A stretch of 64,000 nt of DNA, from assembly GCF_030684315.1 (NCBI RefSeq), contig NC_081386.1, positions 12,285,914-12,349,913 of the forward strand. The letters run 5' to 3'. A program made the position numbers and the translations under genes. This DNA is from Stegostoma tigrinum. Taxonomy: Eukaryota. Positions 62,301-64,000 of the stretch are shown in pieces (position 1 is the first letter of the stretch; every line of letters begins with the position of its first letter). The notes beneath the pieces are model-generated. The model worked only from the letters and a program-made list of their open reading frames with translations. It had not been told where the DNA came from and did not search any database.

Positions 62301-64000
62301 GTGTTTTTTTTATCTCAATCCCAGCTATCTATCAGCCCTTGGTGTCTTGTAATAGGGACATGTTAGAAATGAATATTATGGCATATTAAGTAATGCTTTC
62401 TTATCACACTAAATAAAATATGTTTCTAATCAGCCTCACTCAGCACCAGGCACTTATCAGTGCTGAGGGGAAATGGTGCATGGAAATGGGTTCAGATGGA
62501 AAATTAAGTTCAAAGGTTGAACAGTACGGTTCTAAGGCTAACCAAAGATGAAATGTGGCTATTTGTTTTAACCAAGTCTGACTTCATCTTCATTCTAAAG
62601 GTCAACATGATATATAAAAAAAATCCCCAGAAATAATTTATCTCTTTGTGTCCCAGTCTCATTTCACTTATTATGCTGGAGACAGTGGGTCGTTGAATCT
62701 TCAATAATATGCAATCAGCTGCCTTGTGAGAAAGGGCAGTAATAATTGTGTTTTATGCTCCTTTTTGTTTACTATTATCTGATTCATTAGTACTGTAGAG
62801 AATTTGTGGGTGCTGTCACTCTATCATCTTCATTTCAGAATGGCAAGAAAAACAAAAAAAATCAATATTAATAAAATGACACGGTAAAAGAAAGGCTATC
62901 GACTTCACAGTATTTTTCAAGGCAGATTTGCACTGCGATCTGTTCATTGGCAGAATGGAGAGATGCTGTACAACACGATCCCGGTGCTCTTTCCAATCAA
63001 TTTTTGGATGAAAATGGGATTTACTTGTGACACAGTTTTCACAGTGTCACGTGCCCACTTAATTGCATCATTATCGAACTCCAATTACCTTTACTGTTTG
63101 CAAAGCATGCAGGAAAAATCCTTCTCAAATGTTTGCAAAGGGTCTGTGGAATGATGAAGGCAAGATTCAGTCTAACAAGGTGTTTGTTAAGCCCACTGCT
63201 ATCCATGTTTTGCAAAGCTCACTTTTCTGCACACTGGCATCGGGATTAGGGCATTGGCACCGATAAGTGAGGACAGTGGCTCATGCCAGCCACAGCTAGT
63301 GCAAAGGCAGGTGTGGGAGCATATAAGTAATGTGACCATCTGAAGCTGGGAAAAGCATTTTGGATAATCCATTTACAGAATCAGACATTAAAAAGGAAAT
63401 ATTGTGGGGGATGGGGTAGGAGGAAGGGAGTTGAAAGCCTACATTGCTGTTTGTCAAAGCTTTACATCCAGTCTTTTTATCACATTTAACCATGTCTTTA
63501 TTGGGTAATTGAATTATAATGACCAACCTTAATTTCTGATAGCAGCTTCAAAAGAATTATCTCAGAAGTGTCATTTTACTTATTTTAAGAAATGGCATAA
63601 ATGCTTGGGCTGGTTCTATTAAGCAAACCATTATGAAGATTTAATTTCGGTAATTGATCTGGATTCTACAGGCCATTAGGATCAGAGTTAAGGCTCCATT
63701 TTCCTTTGTGTTTGCTCAGGGTGCTAACACTCAGGGCGAGGGAATTTACAGTATAAATTAGTTTCACAAATATTTCTTCCCTGAATACATACAATTAAGC
63801 ATGCAAGCCATGATTTTGTTATCCTGTATTACTCAAAAGGACAATGTTTGGTTAAGTGAGGTTGGAATTTTTAAAGCAACTATTTAAGCCCAGGCATTTT
63901 GTATGTGCACTGAATGCATTAGATTTAGAATGGAGCTTAATCAATGTGAAGTCATTATTTTAGAGATGCGTCTGGATCTCAACTAGAAGTGAGAAAATGA

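Overview
Repeat-rich, AT-rich vertebrate non-coding DNA. The repeat families (HE1-like tRNA SINE, HER1/CR1 LINEs, L2 LINEs with a partner SINE, Penelope-like elements) point to a shark or other cartilaginous fish; this is inference. I cannot identify an intact host gene. The long ORFs are retroelement fragments, their antisense shadows, or artefacts of an N-gap (13230-13432). The most striking structure is a Penelope-like element (PLE) system from about four families. It includes a 2.74-kb composite insertion (16883-19621) with a perfect 17-bp target-site duplication (TSD), head-to-head RT/GIY-YIG arms, three intact minimal hammerhead-ribozyme cores and a captured ~350-bp foreign segment with exon-like signals. 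It also includes several 110-310-bp TSD-flanked mini-insertions made of PLE termini, mostly fold-backs in which only one arm carries a ~30-35-nt tail. Other notable items: a Tx1/L1 fragment inserted at the TATA box of a solo LTR, a ~600-bp non-coding retroposon family, a 118-bp inverted duplication beside a CR1 tail, a CpG-retaining TE-free island near 49.2-50.8 kb, and a few candidate exons. Boundaries of old repeats are approximate and were read by eye.
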